From positions 1 through 46,046 of IMG/VR virus record IMGVR_UViG_3300037761_000122: DNA of 46,046 nucleotides; one strand, 5' to 3'. The position numbers and the translations under genes are program-made. This document shows positions 23,669-32,245 of the stretch, piece after piece. A model generated the notes under the pieces. That model had not been told where the DNA came from. It saw nothing but the letters and a program-made list of their open reading frames with translations, and searched no databases. Position 1 is the first letter of the stretch. Each line of letters opens with the position of its first letter. Origin of the DNA: a virus.

Positions 23669-23952
23669 GCGCCGCCCCTGAACCGGAGCACGATCACGTC
23701 GCGCACCACCGTGTACGGAATGACGTTGCCCGACACGAGCACGCCGAGTAGCGAGCCCACCAAGACGAGCGTGTTGTCCCGGTAGAGCGCGACGACGAAC
23801 GCGAGTCCCGATAGCACCACGCCTAGCGCGCCAGCCCACGCACGGAGTCGCTTCGTCCGCGCGTCCTCGATCGCGACCTCCTCACGGATGATCGCCTGCG
23901 GGTGCAGATCCTCGTCGTCGGACCGGATGTCGACTACGGTCGCCTTGCTCAC
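23665..23952 (-). CDS. Holin-like 2-TM protein
   Basis: 95 aa from the GTG at 23952 (GTGA overlap). Two hydrophobic helices. Immediately upstream of the endolysin. Confidence 0.5.
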   Translation of the reverse strand: MSKATVVDIRSDDEDLHPQAIIREEVAIEDARTKRLRAWAGALGVVLSGLAFVVALYRDNTLVLVGSLLGVLVSGNVIPYTVVRDVIVLRFRGGA

Positions 23953-24218
23953 TGGTCCTCCTTGAAGCGCATGTGTAGCTCGGTCATGATCCGCCGCTGT
24001 CGCTGTACGACGTCCACTACGTCCTCGGAGAGGGCGTCGAACCGCGCCAGGAGCCGCATCACCTTGACCGTCACGACGATCGCCAGCCCGAGCATACCGA
24101 CGAGCACCCCGAGCGGGATCCACGTCTCGTCGGGCGTGAGCAGCGTCTGGATCGCGCCGACCGACGTCGAGATCCCGAGGGCTAGCAGCGAGGCGCCGTA
24201 CACCTGGATTTCACGCAT
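23949..24218 (-). CDS. Holin/antiholin-like 2-TM protein
   Basis: 89 aa from the ATG at 24218. TM helices ASLLALGISTSVGAI and WIPLGVLVGMLGLAIVVTV, with a charged C-terminus. Confidence 0.45.
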   Translation of the reverse strand: MREIQVYGASLLALGISTSVGAIQTLLTPDETWIPLGVLVGMLGLAIVVTVKVMRLLARFDALSEDVVDVVQRQRRIMTELHMRFKEDQ

Positions 24219-24714
24219 TGGCCCTCCATGCGGCACGGGCGAACAGCCCGAAGGCGGCGAGACGTGCGCTCTGGTAGGCCCACCACCATGGCATAAACAC
24301 GCCCTGCCACTCGGCCGCCATCGCCAGATATGCGAGCGTGCCGAAGCCGCAGTAGACGAACATGGACCACGCGAGCCGATGATTCTTCGCGAGCAGCAAC
24401 ACGATGATCGAGCCGAGCGCCGCTAGCACCTCCGGGCCGGCGAGCCAGAGCCCCCATGCAGCCACCACGTAGGCGAGCATGACCACCGGACCGCCGAACG
24501 CCAGCAGCAGCAAGCCGAACTGAGCGAGCGTCCAGACCGCGACGCCCTCCCACGAGCCGCCCGTCACGATCGCGTAGCTCTCGTGAACGAACGCCGTCGC
24601 GAACGCTGCCGCGACCAGCCAGTGGTAGGTGGTCCGCCGGACGACGAGTACGCCGGCCGGAGCGAGCGGGAGCCAGTGCGCGACCTCGTACATCAGGGGC
24701 AATTCGGTGGGCAA
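24211..24714 (-). CDS. Polytopic membrane protein (about 5-6 TM)
   Basis: 167-aa ORF, Trp-rich and hydrophobic throughout. Confidence 0.6.
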   Translation of the reverse strand: MPTELPLMYEVAHWLPLAPAGVLVVRRTTYHWLVAAAFATAFVHESYAIVTGGSWEGVAVWTLAQFGLLLLAFGGPVVMLAYVVAAWGLWLAGPEVLAALGSIIVLLLAKNHRLAWSMFVYCGFGTLAYLAMAAEWQGVFMPWWWAYQSARLAAFGLFARAAWRANA

Positions 24715-24914
24715 GTATGCCCGAAATTATACTCGCCGCAGACCTCGCGCTTGCCGTCGACGACGGTCGCGACCTTGAGCTCCTTGCCCGCGTCGTGCTC
24801 GTGGAACTCCAGGAACACGTTCCGCGGCCCGACCTCGACCGACGCCACGACGAGCATCCACAGCATCGGCAGGATGTCCGTCAGGGACCACCACCAGTAC
24901 CGAGTATCAGCCAT
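24693..24914 (-). CDS. Small membrane protein (N-terminal TM, Cys-containing tail)
   Basis: 73-aa ORF. WWWSLTDILPMLWMLVVASV. Confidence 0.5.
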   Translation of the reverse strand: MADTRYWWWSLTDILPMLWMLVVASVEVGPRNVFLEFHEHDAGKELKVATVVDGKREVCGEYNFGHTCPPNCP

Positions 24915-24922
24915 GCTCCCTC

Positions 24923-25249
24923 CTAGAAGAAAACGTCCAGCGCCACGCCCATGACCGCCACGATAGCGATCACGATATTACCGATCACCTGCAAGCGGAC
25001 CCCCAAGAATCGCAGCTCCTCTGTCCTGCCATCTTTGGCCCGGCCGTCTCTCTTGTCGATCGCCTTCGAGAGCTTGGCGAATGCCTTCCAAATCCGCTTG
25101 ATCTCGTCGTCGTTGTTCCGCACCTGCTCGAACAGCCCAATAGATCCGTTGCCGACGAGCAACTTTCGGAGCTCACGGAGCTCCGCGAGCGCCAACCGTC
25201 CGAGCTCTTCAGACGGATCAGTGTTTGGCATCGGATTCGGCCCGGTCAT
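24923..25249 (-). CDS. Tail-anchored membrane protein
   Basis: 108 aa. Coiled-coil-like N-terminus, C-terminal TM VIGNIVIAIVAVMGVALDVFF. Lower GC. Confidence 0.55.
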   Translation of the reverse strand: MTGPNPMPNTDPSEELGRLALAELRELRKLLVGNGSIGLFEQVRNNDDEIKRIWKAFAKLSKAIDKRDGRAKDGRTEELRFLGVRLQVIGNIVIAIVAVMGVALDVFF

Positions 25250-25384
25250 CGACTCGATCCTCCTTGGGGCGCAAGAACTTCTTGGCTGCTTGCTCTATGT
25301 CCGCGCACAGCGTGACGATCTCCCACCACTGCCGCGCCTTGCGGAGCTCCGGCGGCTCGACGAGATCCACGGCGGGGACTCTCA

Positions 25385-25400
25385 CGAGAACAAGTTCTCG
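25385..25400. promoter_or_regulatory. Perfect 7-bp inverted repeat CGAGAAC-AA-GTTCTCG upstream of the plus-strand moron
   Basis: Read directly. Followed by CATATT (25403..25408) about 40 nt before the ATG at 25446. Confidence 0.35.
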
Positions 25401-25445
25401 CTCATATTGTGCTTGCGATCGGTCGCGGGGGAGGTAGCTTGGGGG

Positions 25446-25742
25446 ATGGACGATAAAGTCATCGGAGCCCTGAGCGCTGGCGCCGTCATCGTGGGGCTAG
25501 CGGTCATGCGAGCGCTTCCGCCGGCTGCGGCCGCGAGGGTGCAGGAGGGCGCGAAGTGGTTCGTGGCGGCGATCTTTCTCGCGTGGGGCGCAACCATCGT
25601 CATCGAGGACGGAGAGCCCGCCATCCTCGTCGCTGGCGCCATCCTCATCGCTGCCTGGCTCGGTCATCGGCTGCTACGGAGCCGCCTACGAGCGCGCCGA
25701 ACTGAGCAGCCCCGACCCGTCCGGCGAGAGCGCTCCGGGTAG
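25446..25742 (+). CDS. Opposite-strand 3-TM membrane protein (moron-like)
   Basis: 98 aa. GGGGGAGG RBS-like run upstream. Hand count over 74 codons gives GC1 about 73% and GC2 about 50% in this frame, the reverse of the competing minus ORF. Three hydrophobic helices with basic loops. Confidence 0.55.
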   Translation: MDDKVIGALSAGAVIVGLAVMRALPPAAAARVQEGAKWFVAAIFLAWGATIVIEDGEPAILVAGAILIAAWLGHRLLRSRLRARRTEQPRPVRRERSG

Positions 25743-27849
25743 CAAGCCGCCGCTGATACTGTTCGAGGTCGCGTAGGATCTGCGGGGCAACGTCGGACAG
25801 CGGCCCCGTGAGCCTCGGCGCCAACTCGTCCACCGCCCCTTCGGTGAGTCCCATCATGTGCTCGCCCACACGACGGCGTAGCAGCTCGGCGCCCATGCGC
25901 TTGATGTCGAGGTCGGGGGTGGCGACCGTTCCGGCGAGGTCGGCCTGTTCGGCCGCGATGCGCTGCGTGGGGGAGCCGCCGAGGATAAAGCCCGACGCCG
26001 ACGCACGGCCGCGCTCGTCCAGCATCGAGCGCACGAAGTTCTGCATGTCGGCGTCCGTGTCGAACAGGAGCCGGAGCCGCTTACGGAGGTCCGACTCCAC
26101 CACGTCGCCGCCACCCCGCCCGATCAGCAACCGGGAGAGGTCCGCGCGGGTGTCTTGGCGCCGGGCGAGCATGTCGCGGATGGAGTCGAGCGCGCCCCGG
26201 CGGTAGAACTCGCGCTCGGAGGGCGTCATCGCCTTCATGGCTCGCTCGATGGCCTCGGGCGCCTCGTTGACGAACTTCTTCAACCCGAGCTCCCGGCTAC
26301 CACTGACAGCCGCTTCCATCGCATCACGTGCCGCCTGCTCACCAGCCCACGCGGCACGGGCTTGGCCGAACGACGGTACCGCCTCGTCCACTTCCTCGAG
26401 CACGGAACGGAGCCGCCCCCGGAGCGCCCTCGCCTCGGCGCGCGCGATCGAGCCTGACCGAAACCCAGACTCAATCAGATCGTCGAGGCCGCGCTTCATG
26501 TAGTCGATCGCCTGGACCGGGATGTCGGGCATCCCCTCGATCTTGCTGAGATCCGCGCCTGCCTCAGAGAGTCCGGCAAGGTCGGGAAGCGCGGGCACGT
26601 CCACGCCCTCGAGGCGGGCGATCCGACGGCCCCGCTCATACGCGCTCCGGAACTGGTCGTTAGACAGCGCGTCGGCGATGTTGTCCGAGACGGGCACGGA
26701 CTGAGTGTAGGCTTCCTCGTATAGGGGCCTCGCCTGCGCGCGTTGGCGGGAGGCGGCCGCGTCCAGCGTCTCGTGGACGTTCTCGAACTTGAGCCCGGTA
26801 TCGCGTTGCAGCGCTTCGCGGATGCGGCCCGGCGCCTCGTCCGACTCGCGCCGGAGGAAGGACGACATTTCCGAGGACCCACGACTCGGGATGGACTGCG
26901 CGCCACGAGCGAGCCGCTGCACGGAGCTTTCCGCTCCGGTGCGTCCGGTGAGCCCCAGGAGGTTCACGTCGGGCGCTTCTGCGGCCACGCGCGTGAGTTG
27001 CTCCGGGCTCACGCCTTCACGGGCGAGCGAGCGGCCTGCCGCCACCGACGCGCGCTCCCCGGCGGTCGCCGGTCCGGCCTCGCCGACGATGCGCGCGAGC
27101 CTGGCCCCGAGCCTGCCACCGATGCGGCCGGCGCCTGCTCCAGCGCCTGCACCGATCAGCGCGTCCGACTTGTCCCCACCACCGGCGAGGTAGGTGCCCG
27201 CGCCTCCCACGACGGCACCCGTAGCGGTCGCGCCCGCCCGGCTGAGCACCGGAGTCAGTGCTCCCGCCGCCGCGCCGAACGCTCCACCGGCAACCGCACC
27301 ACCGGCACCAGCCGCGAGGCGCGAGCCTGGCCCACCCTCGGCCCTGGCCGCTCCCTCCACGCCCCCGATGACAGCACCCTCTATCGAGCCCACCCTGGCG
27401 AGCCTGCCGGCGGTCGCCACACCCCTGGCGCCGGTCGCCGCGCCCCTGACGCCGAGTCCGATTCCGCCTGTGGCGAGTGCGGCGCCGAGGCCGCCCGCGA
27501 GGTCTGCACCCGCACGCAAGACCGGATGGTCCTCGCCAAAGTCGCTGAGCGCGCCGCGTTCAGCTTCCGCGCCCTCACGGTACCCTTCTCCGAATGAGCG
27601 CCCACCGGGCACCACCCCGGCGCCAACTCCCTGCGCGAGGCCCCGAATCTCGTCGCTCAGTCCGAGCGTGGCGCCTTGGGCTGCCGAACGCAGCGTGCCG
27701 CCCACAACGCCGGGCCGATCACCGCCCCCGTCGCTCACGGGAGCCGCAAGCCACGACTCCACCCGCCGCGTCGCCTCGGCCCTGTCGGTGCCGCCCGCGA
27801 CGAACTTCTCCCACATCTCTGCGGCCTGGCGTTGGAGTTCGGGGTCCAT
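25645..27849 (-). CDS. Large internal virion / ejection protein (Gly/Ala-rich membrane-active region)
   Basis: 734 aa. Long G/A-rich hydrophobic stretch at aa ~110-260. Position after the tail genes matches podovirus core proteins. Confidence 0.5.
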   Translation of the reverse strand: MDPELQRQAAEMWEKFVAGGTDRAEATRRVESWLAAPVSDGGGDRPGVVGGTLRSAAQGATLGLSDEIRGLAQGVGAGVVPGGRSFGEGYREGAEAERGALSDFGEDHPVLRAGADLAGGLGAALATGGIGLGVRGAATGARGVATAGRLARVGSIEGAVIGGVEGAARAEGGPGSRLAAGAGGAVAGGAFGAAAGALTPVLSRAGATATGAVVGGAGTYLAGGGDKSDALIGAGAGAGAGRIGGRLGARLARIVGEAGPATAGERASVAAGRSLAREGVSPEQLTRVAAEAPDVNLLGLTGRTGAESSVQRLARGAQSIPSRGSSEMSSFLRRESDEAPGRIREALQRDTGLKFENVHETLDAAASRQRAQARPLYEEAYTQSVPVSDNIADALSNDQFRSAYERGRRIARLEGVDVPALPDLAGLSEAGADLSKIEGMPDIPVQAIDYMKRGLDDLIESGFRSGSIARAEARALRGRLRSVLEEVDEAVPSFGQARAAWAGEQAARDAMEAAVSGSRELGLKKFVNEAPEAIERAMKAMTPSEREFYRRGALDSIRDMLARRQDTRADLSRLLIGRGGGDVVESDLRKRLRLLFDTDADMQNFVRSMLDERGRASASGFILGGSPTQRIAAEQADLAGTVATPDLDIKRMGAELLRRRVGEHMMGLTEGAVDELAPRLTGPLSDVAPQILRDLEQYQRRLATRSALAGRVGAAQFGALVGGSVAADDRARQR

Positions 27850-28982
27850 CAGCGTCTCGGCGCGAAGGGGTTGTCGGGCGAGAAGTTGCCCGCGCCGGTG
27901 TCGGCGTCGCCGGCGAACGGGTCGAACACGATCTGGCTGGGATCAAGACCGAACGCCTCGGCGCGCTGGCGATACCTTGCCATCGTGGGGCCAAACGCCT
28001 CGGCTGCCACCCTCGCCTGGGCCTCGATTTCTTCGTTCAACGCATCACGTAGGGTGGATGGCAGCCGCCCGTCCTTCATCTGCTCGTAGTAGAATTGAGC
28101 CCGCACGGAGAGCCCGCCCGCCTGGCCAACGCGGTTGAACTCGCCCTCGCGCACGATCGAGCCCGGGTCGAGAAGCTTGTTCAGCGCGATGATCTTCGTC
28201 TGATCGCCGATCGGAGTGTCGCCAGCCGCCCGCGCCCTCGTGACGGCAGACGCCACGTCGACCGGGATCTGTGCCTCCCTCCAGAAGTCGTCGGCGAGCG
28301 CGTTGGCCTGGTCGAACTCCCTGCCGGGATCGGGCGGCTTGGGCGCCTCGGGCTGGGTGAGCCGGCCACGCGCCGCGGTCGCTTCGGCCTCGGTGCCGAA
28401 CTTTGCGCTGATGCCGTCCACGTTGATGCTGTAGCGGCCCTCGGGCGTGTCGTACCGCGCCAGCAACTCGTCCAGCACGTCCATGTCGGCAGCGCCCACG
28501 ATGCTCTCCCCGGAAGCCGGGATGCCGAAGTCGGAGGCGATGCGCTGGCCGGTCGCCACGCGGAGCTGGCGCGCCTGGTCGGAGGCGGTGATCGCGCGTT
28601 CCTCGGACGACGGGCCTACGCGGTGGAAGCCGGGCGGCACGATGTCACCGCGTTCCTCGCGCTCCACGAATTGCTCCCTCGCGCCGGGTTCAGCCAACTG
28701 GTCGAACGTCCTGAGCGACTCGCCCACGCCCGTGCGTAGGTCCTCGACGCTCATCCTCGGCTGGGGGCCGAACGCCAGGCCGTGCTCCTTGGCGAGCGTG
28801 AGGTCCTGTAGTGCCGTCTGGCGACTGCGCGCCTCGGTGAGCGCTCGGCGGTCCGCGTCTTCCTGCTCGATGCGGCGTTGACGGTCGGTCGAGGCCGTGC
28901 GGTCGAGATCGCGACGGCGCCGGAAGTCCGCACCCGTGAGCGCCCCGCCGACGAGGCCCTCAAGGAAGCCGGCGGTAGCCAT
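27849..28982 (-). CDS. Internal virion protein
   Basis: 377-aa ORF with 1-nt stop/start overlaps on both sides. Confidence 0.45.
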   Translation of the reverse strand: MATAGFLEGLVGGALTGADFRRRRDLDRTASTDRQRRIEQEDADRRALTEARSRQTALQDLTLAKEHGLAFGPQPRMSVEDLRTGVGESLRTFDQLAEPGAREQFVEREERGDIVPPGFHRVGPSSEERAITASDQARQLRVATGQRIASDFGIPASGESIVGAADMDVLDELLARYDTPEGRYSINVDGISAKFGTEAEATAARGRLTQPEAPKPPDPGREFDQANALADDFWREAQIPVDVASAVTRARAAGDTPIGDQTKIIALNKLLDPGSIVREGEFNRVGQAGGLSVRAQFYYEQMKDGRLPSTLRDALNEEIEAQARVAAEAFGPTMARYRQRAEAFGLDPSQIVFDPFAGDADTGAGNFSPDNPFAPRR

Positions 28983-29425
28983 TACCCGCCCACTCCAGCG
29001 CCCACAGCGGCCCCAGGGACGCCACCGACCGCGAACCCTACCCCGGCACCCACCACGGAACCGATCGCGCTCATGAGCCGATTCTTGCGCTCGCGCTTCG
29101 CCTCGTCCTCCCTGAACCGCTGGTCGCGGTCCTGCGCCCGAAGTTCGCCGCCCTGGAGCCCTTGGCCGAGCGCGTTCTGGGTCGACAGGCTCGCGAACTG
29201 CCCGATCCGGTCCGTGTAGCTCCTGGACAGGTCGTCCAAGGCCACCTTGGTGCCGCCGGAGCGGAGCGCGCCGATCTCGTTCAGCCCGCCGAGCGTGGCG
29301 CCGATGTCTTTGAGCAGGTCCGGACGCAGCATCTCGCCGAACGCCTTGACGCCTTCGCGTGAGAAGTCCTGCGCGCGCTCGACGTCCCGGAACGGATCGT
29401 AGGTGGGGGTGCGCTGAATAGCCAT
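28982..29425 (-). CDS. Internal virion protein with Gly-rich hydrophobic C-terminus
   Basis: 147 aa. C-terminus AIGSVVGAGVGFAVGGVPGAAVGAGVGG. Confidence 0.45.
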   Translation of the reverse strand: MAIQRTPTYDPFRDVERAQDFSREGVKAFGEMLRPDLLKDIGATLGGLNEIGALRSGGTKVALDDLSRSYTDRIGQFASLSTQNALGQGLQGGELRAQDRDQRFREDEAKRERKNRLMSAIGSVVGAGVGFAVGGVPGAAVGAGVGG

Positions 29426-29426
29426 C

Positions 29427-29810
29427 TTAGAGTGTCTCCCCGAGCAACATCGCCTCCACCTCGGACAGCCCTAGGTGCTGAAGCTGGGCGATGTGGTGAG
29501 CGCGCTGCTTGTGCGGGTTCTGGTTGCCGCGGTGCCCGCCGCCGGCTCTCGTCAGGGCCTCACCTACGGCCGCGCTGAGCGCGTCGGCTCCACCGCCGCC
29601 CATGAGCTTGGCGCCGTCCCTGCGCATCTGTTCCTCGGGCGTGTGGGCGGGGAACTCGTGGTGGTTGCCGGGATCGTCCATCACCGGCATCGGCATCTGT
29701 GGCTGCGCCTGGCCCTCGGGCTGGCGGGGCTGCATGAGCATCTGACCGACCATGCGCGGGTCGGGCGTGCCGGCCTGGCCGGGGGGCATGTATCCGAAGG
29801 CGTTGGCCAT
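29427..29810 (-). CDS. Hypothetical virion protein (Met/Pro/Gln-rich)
   Basis: 127-aa ORF with a GGGAGA RBS. Confidence 0.5.
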   Translation of the reverse strand: MANAFGYMPPGQAGTPDPRMVGQMLMQPRQPEGQAQPQMPMPVMDDPGNHHEFPAHTPEEQMRRDGAKLMGGGGADALSAAVGEALTRAGGGHRGNQNPHKQRAHHIAQLQHLGLSEVEAMLLGETL

Positions 29811-29820
29811 CTCAGTCTCC

Positions 29821-31344
29821 CTACTGAACGGAGGCGGTCCAGGCGAAGTCGACGTCCTGGCCGGGGTCTTGGTCGACGTTGATCGTGAACTGCGTGGAGG
29901 TTGGGGTGCTGATCCAGAACTGTGTCATGGCGCCCCATGCCTCGATCGGGGTGACGGAGATGTCTTGGATGTCTGGCGTGACCCCGAGCCCGTGGGTGAC
30001 GACGATGGTCGTGTTGCCGTTGAGGAGCGTGGCGACGCCGTTTCCGACAACGGCCGGAATCTGGTACCGGGCGGCACCCACGTAGATCGCGAGCTTCGCA
30101 CCACTCGCACCCGCGTCTTCGATGCAGATACTTTGATCCTCGACCGCATCCGCAGCCGGAAGTGACGCCGTCTCGTAGGCCGGCAGAGCCACCCGAGAAT
30201 CCCACTCCCGTAGCCTGTTCCCGTTCTCGTCGAAGCGCACCTCGATCTTGGTGTGCCGCCGTTCAATGGCGCCCGTACTCGGCACGTTGAACCCGTCTTC
30301 AGCGTCCACGAAATCGTAATCGTAATCGTAGTTGACGCTGAATTGCTCGATCGTGTTACGGACCACCTGCGTCCCCGCCGACCGGCTTTGGACAACGGCC
30401 ATCGTACCAGTCAAACCGCCGTAGGTCTGTGAGACGGGAGGTTCTACCGGATTGGTGACGTGCAAGCCGATAAAGCGGTTGTTCTGGTCTGGCGAATCCT
30501 CTCCCATGAGGATCGGGCGCATGCAATCCTCAAGGTGAGTGCGGAGGAACAGATTGTCAGAACATTGACTCCCCTCGGTCCTGATGCCGTGCTCAAAGCC
30601 CGGTGTCGCTCCGGTGTCTACGGAGATCGCGCCGAACGTGCATCTACGCACACTATTGAGTACGATGGCGTCGGTGTCGGCGGCCGGAGACGTGACGCGC
30701 ATCTGGCCGAAGAACACGTTCTGGGTGATGTGCGTGGCCGGTAGCGTGGACGGCCGGATCTTGATGCCGAACGTCTGAGGGGCGAGCACGTGGATGCCGT
30801 CGATCATACACCCTTCGTTGAGCCCGTTCGCCAGCAAGCCCGGCGCAGCACCTATGCAATGGATCTGCATATGTAGGAACCGCAACGCCGTCGCGAAAAC
30901 GTCAGGGTCGCCGTTGAGCACGACCATGGCATCCGTGATGACCGCGCTCGCGTGCCTGCGGATGCGGGTGGCTGTTTGGCCTGCACCAACGACCTTGACG
31001 CCCTCCGGGATGATCCAATCGCGGGATATCCGGTAGTTACCTGCAGGGACTAAGACGACAGAGCCCTCCGAGTCGGGCAGGGGGTTGACGTCAACAGCAG
31101 CGGCTACAGCGGCATCTAGGGCGACAATCTCATCTGCTGAGTCGTCGCCTTTTGCACCGAACGCCCGGACGTCGAATACTTCCGACGCGCTCCCGAGCAG
31201 CTCCGCGAGTGCCGCGTCCTTCGCGGTGTCGAAGTTGTAGCCGTCGAGCTGGGACCCGACGCGCGCCCGGATCTGATCGGCCAGCCTGACGCCGGTGATG
31301 CTACCCTCGTCCTGGCCCGGAGGAGGCCACGTGTATATGCTCAT
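29821..31344 (-). CDS. Tailspike / depolymerase with pectate-lyase-type right-handed beta-helix
   Basis: 507 aa. FDVRAFGAKGDDSADEIVALDAAVAAA (Pectate_lyase_3-type motif) followed by repetitive beta-helix-like sequence. Lower GC. Confidence 0.7.
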   Translation of the reverse strand: MSIYTWPPPGQDEGSITGVRLADQIRARVGSQLDGYNFDTAKDAALAELLGSASEVFDVRAFGAKGDDSADEIVALDAAVAAAVDVNPLPDSEGSVVLVPAGNYRISRDWIIPEGVKVVGAGQTATRIRRHASAVITDAMVVLNGDPDVFATALRFLHMQIHCIGAAPGLLANGLNEGCMIDGIHVLAPQTFGIKIRPSTLPATHITQNVFFGQMRVTSPAADTDAIVLNSVRRCTFGAISVDTGATPGFEHGIRTEGSQCSDNLFLRTHLEDCMRPILMGEDSPDQNNRFIGLHVTNPVEPPVSQTYGGLTGTMAVVQSRSAGTQVVRNTIEQFSVNYDYDYDFVDAEDGFNVPSTGAIERRHTKIEVRFDENGNRLREWDSRVALPAYETASLPAADAVEDQSICIEDAGASGAKLAIYVGAARYQIPAVVGNGVATLLNGNTTIVVTHGLGVTPDIQDISVTPIEAWGAMTQFWISTPTSTQFTINVDQDPGQDVDFAWTASVQ

Positions 31345-31826
31345 GATCTCGCCTGCACGGTGCGCATCTGTAGGTGAGCGGAGTAGAGGATCGGATCGAA
31401 CGCACCGTCACCGACCACGCGGATCTCGATCTCCTCATCCCCACCGTTCGGGGCCAGCACGGCCCAGCCCGAATCGGCCGTCTGTTCGGTCGCGTCCGTG
31501 ACGGTCGCTGTAGCGATGGCGATGGAGGTCGTCACGTTGTACGCCTGCACGGTCACGTCACCCGCCGCGGAGTTCTCGCCTCTCACGATGAGCCGCACGG
31601 AGTCGACGCCCGCGTCCTGAAAATCGACGGTCGTCCGGGTCGTCGTGAGCGCGGTACCGGCGCCGGTCGCCGCGTTTGTAACCGTGACGCCTGCCTGTTC
31701 GGACAGCAGCGTCAGAATCGCCAGGCTCGTGACCTTGCCGAACAGCGAATGCAGCAGGTCGGTGACGAGCTGGAGCGGGCCGGGCGGCTGGCCAACGTCG
31801 AAGTTGGCGACGGGCTCGGTTCTCAT
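31341..31826 (-). CDS. Tail structural protein
   Basis: 161 aa from the ATG at 31826 (ATGA overlap). Confidence 0.5.
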   Translation of the reverse strand: MRTEPVANFDVGQPPGPLQLVTDLLHSLFGKVTSLAILTLLSEQAGVTVTNAATGAGTALTTTRTTVDFQDAGVDSVRLIVRGENSAAGDVTVQAYNVTTSIAIATATVTDATEQTADSGWAVLAPNGGDEEIEIRVVGDGAFDPILYSAHLQMRTVQARS

Positions 31827-32245
31827 CGGTTCGATCTCCTGGGGATGAGCCACTGCCGAGACTTCCCGAGCTCGACCGCTGAATCAAAGTTCGACAGCTC
31901 GATCAGCACCTGGTGCGTCGTGCCGACCGACGACAGCGGAGCATCGACCAGCACGTTGTCGCCCGCCACGAGTGAGCGTGAGATCGTCTGCCCGGTCTCC
32001 TGACCGTCACGGTAGGGCGTGATCGCCACGTCGCACGCGCCGTTGACGTACACGGCCTGGACGACCCGCCGGAGCTTCGCGTACTCGCCCCCCTCGCTCC
32101 ACTCGAACGGGCTGGCGAGGATGCGCGGCGTGTAGTCGTTGCCGCCGACTCCCGCCTCGGTCGTCAGGTCCTTGGTGACCTCCTCATCGTCGAGCGTGAT
32201 GATGTCACCACCGTGCGCCAGACAGCCGTAGATCGGTACGCTCAT
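31823..32245 (-). CDS. Tail structural protein
   Basis: 140 aa from the ATG at 32245 (ATGA overlap). Confidence 0.5.
   Translation of the reverse strand: MSVPIYGCLAHGGDIITLDDEEVTKDLTTEAGVGGNDYTPRILASPFEWSEGGEYAKLRRVVQAVYVNGACDVAITPYRDGQETGQTISRSLVAGDNVLVDAPLSSVGTTHQVLIELSNFDSAVELGKSRQWLIPRRSNR

Noticed and set aside
25382-25648. 88-aa minus-strand ORF with an ATGA overlap to the 734-aa gene stop. It would keep the late operon continuous.
   Set aside because: It shares third codon positions with the plus-strand ORF, so GC3 is uninformative. Its GC1 (about 50%) is lower than its GC2 (about 73%), the inverse of genuine genes here. Its Met/Ala/Thr/Pro-rich sequence lacks structure. The plus-strand 3-TM ORF fits better. 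This is not fully excluded.
25645-27849. The 734-aa Gly/Ala-rich protein as a tape measure protein.
   Set aside because: There are no tail tube, sheath or chaperone-frameshift genes. The gene follows the tailspike and fibre genes and is accompanied by smaller Gly-rich proteins, as with podovirus internal core/ejection proteins. The assignment remains positional.
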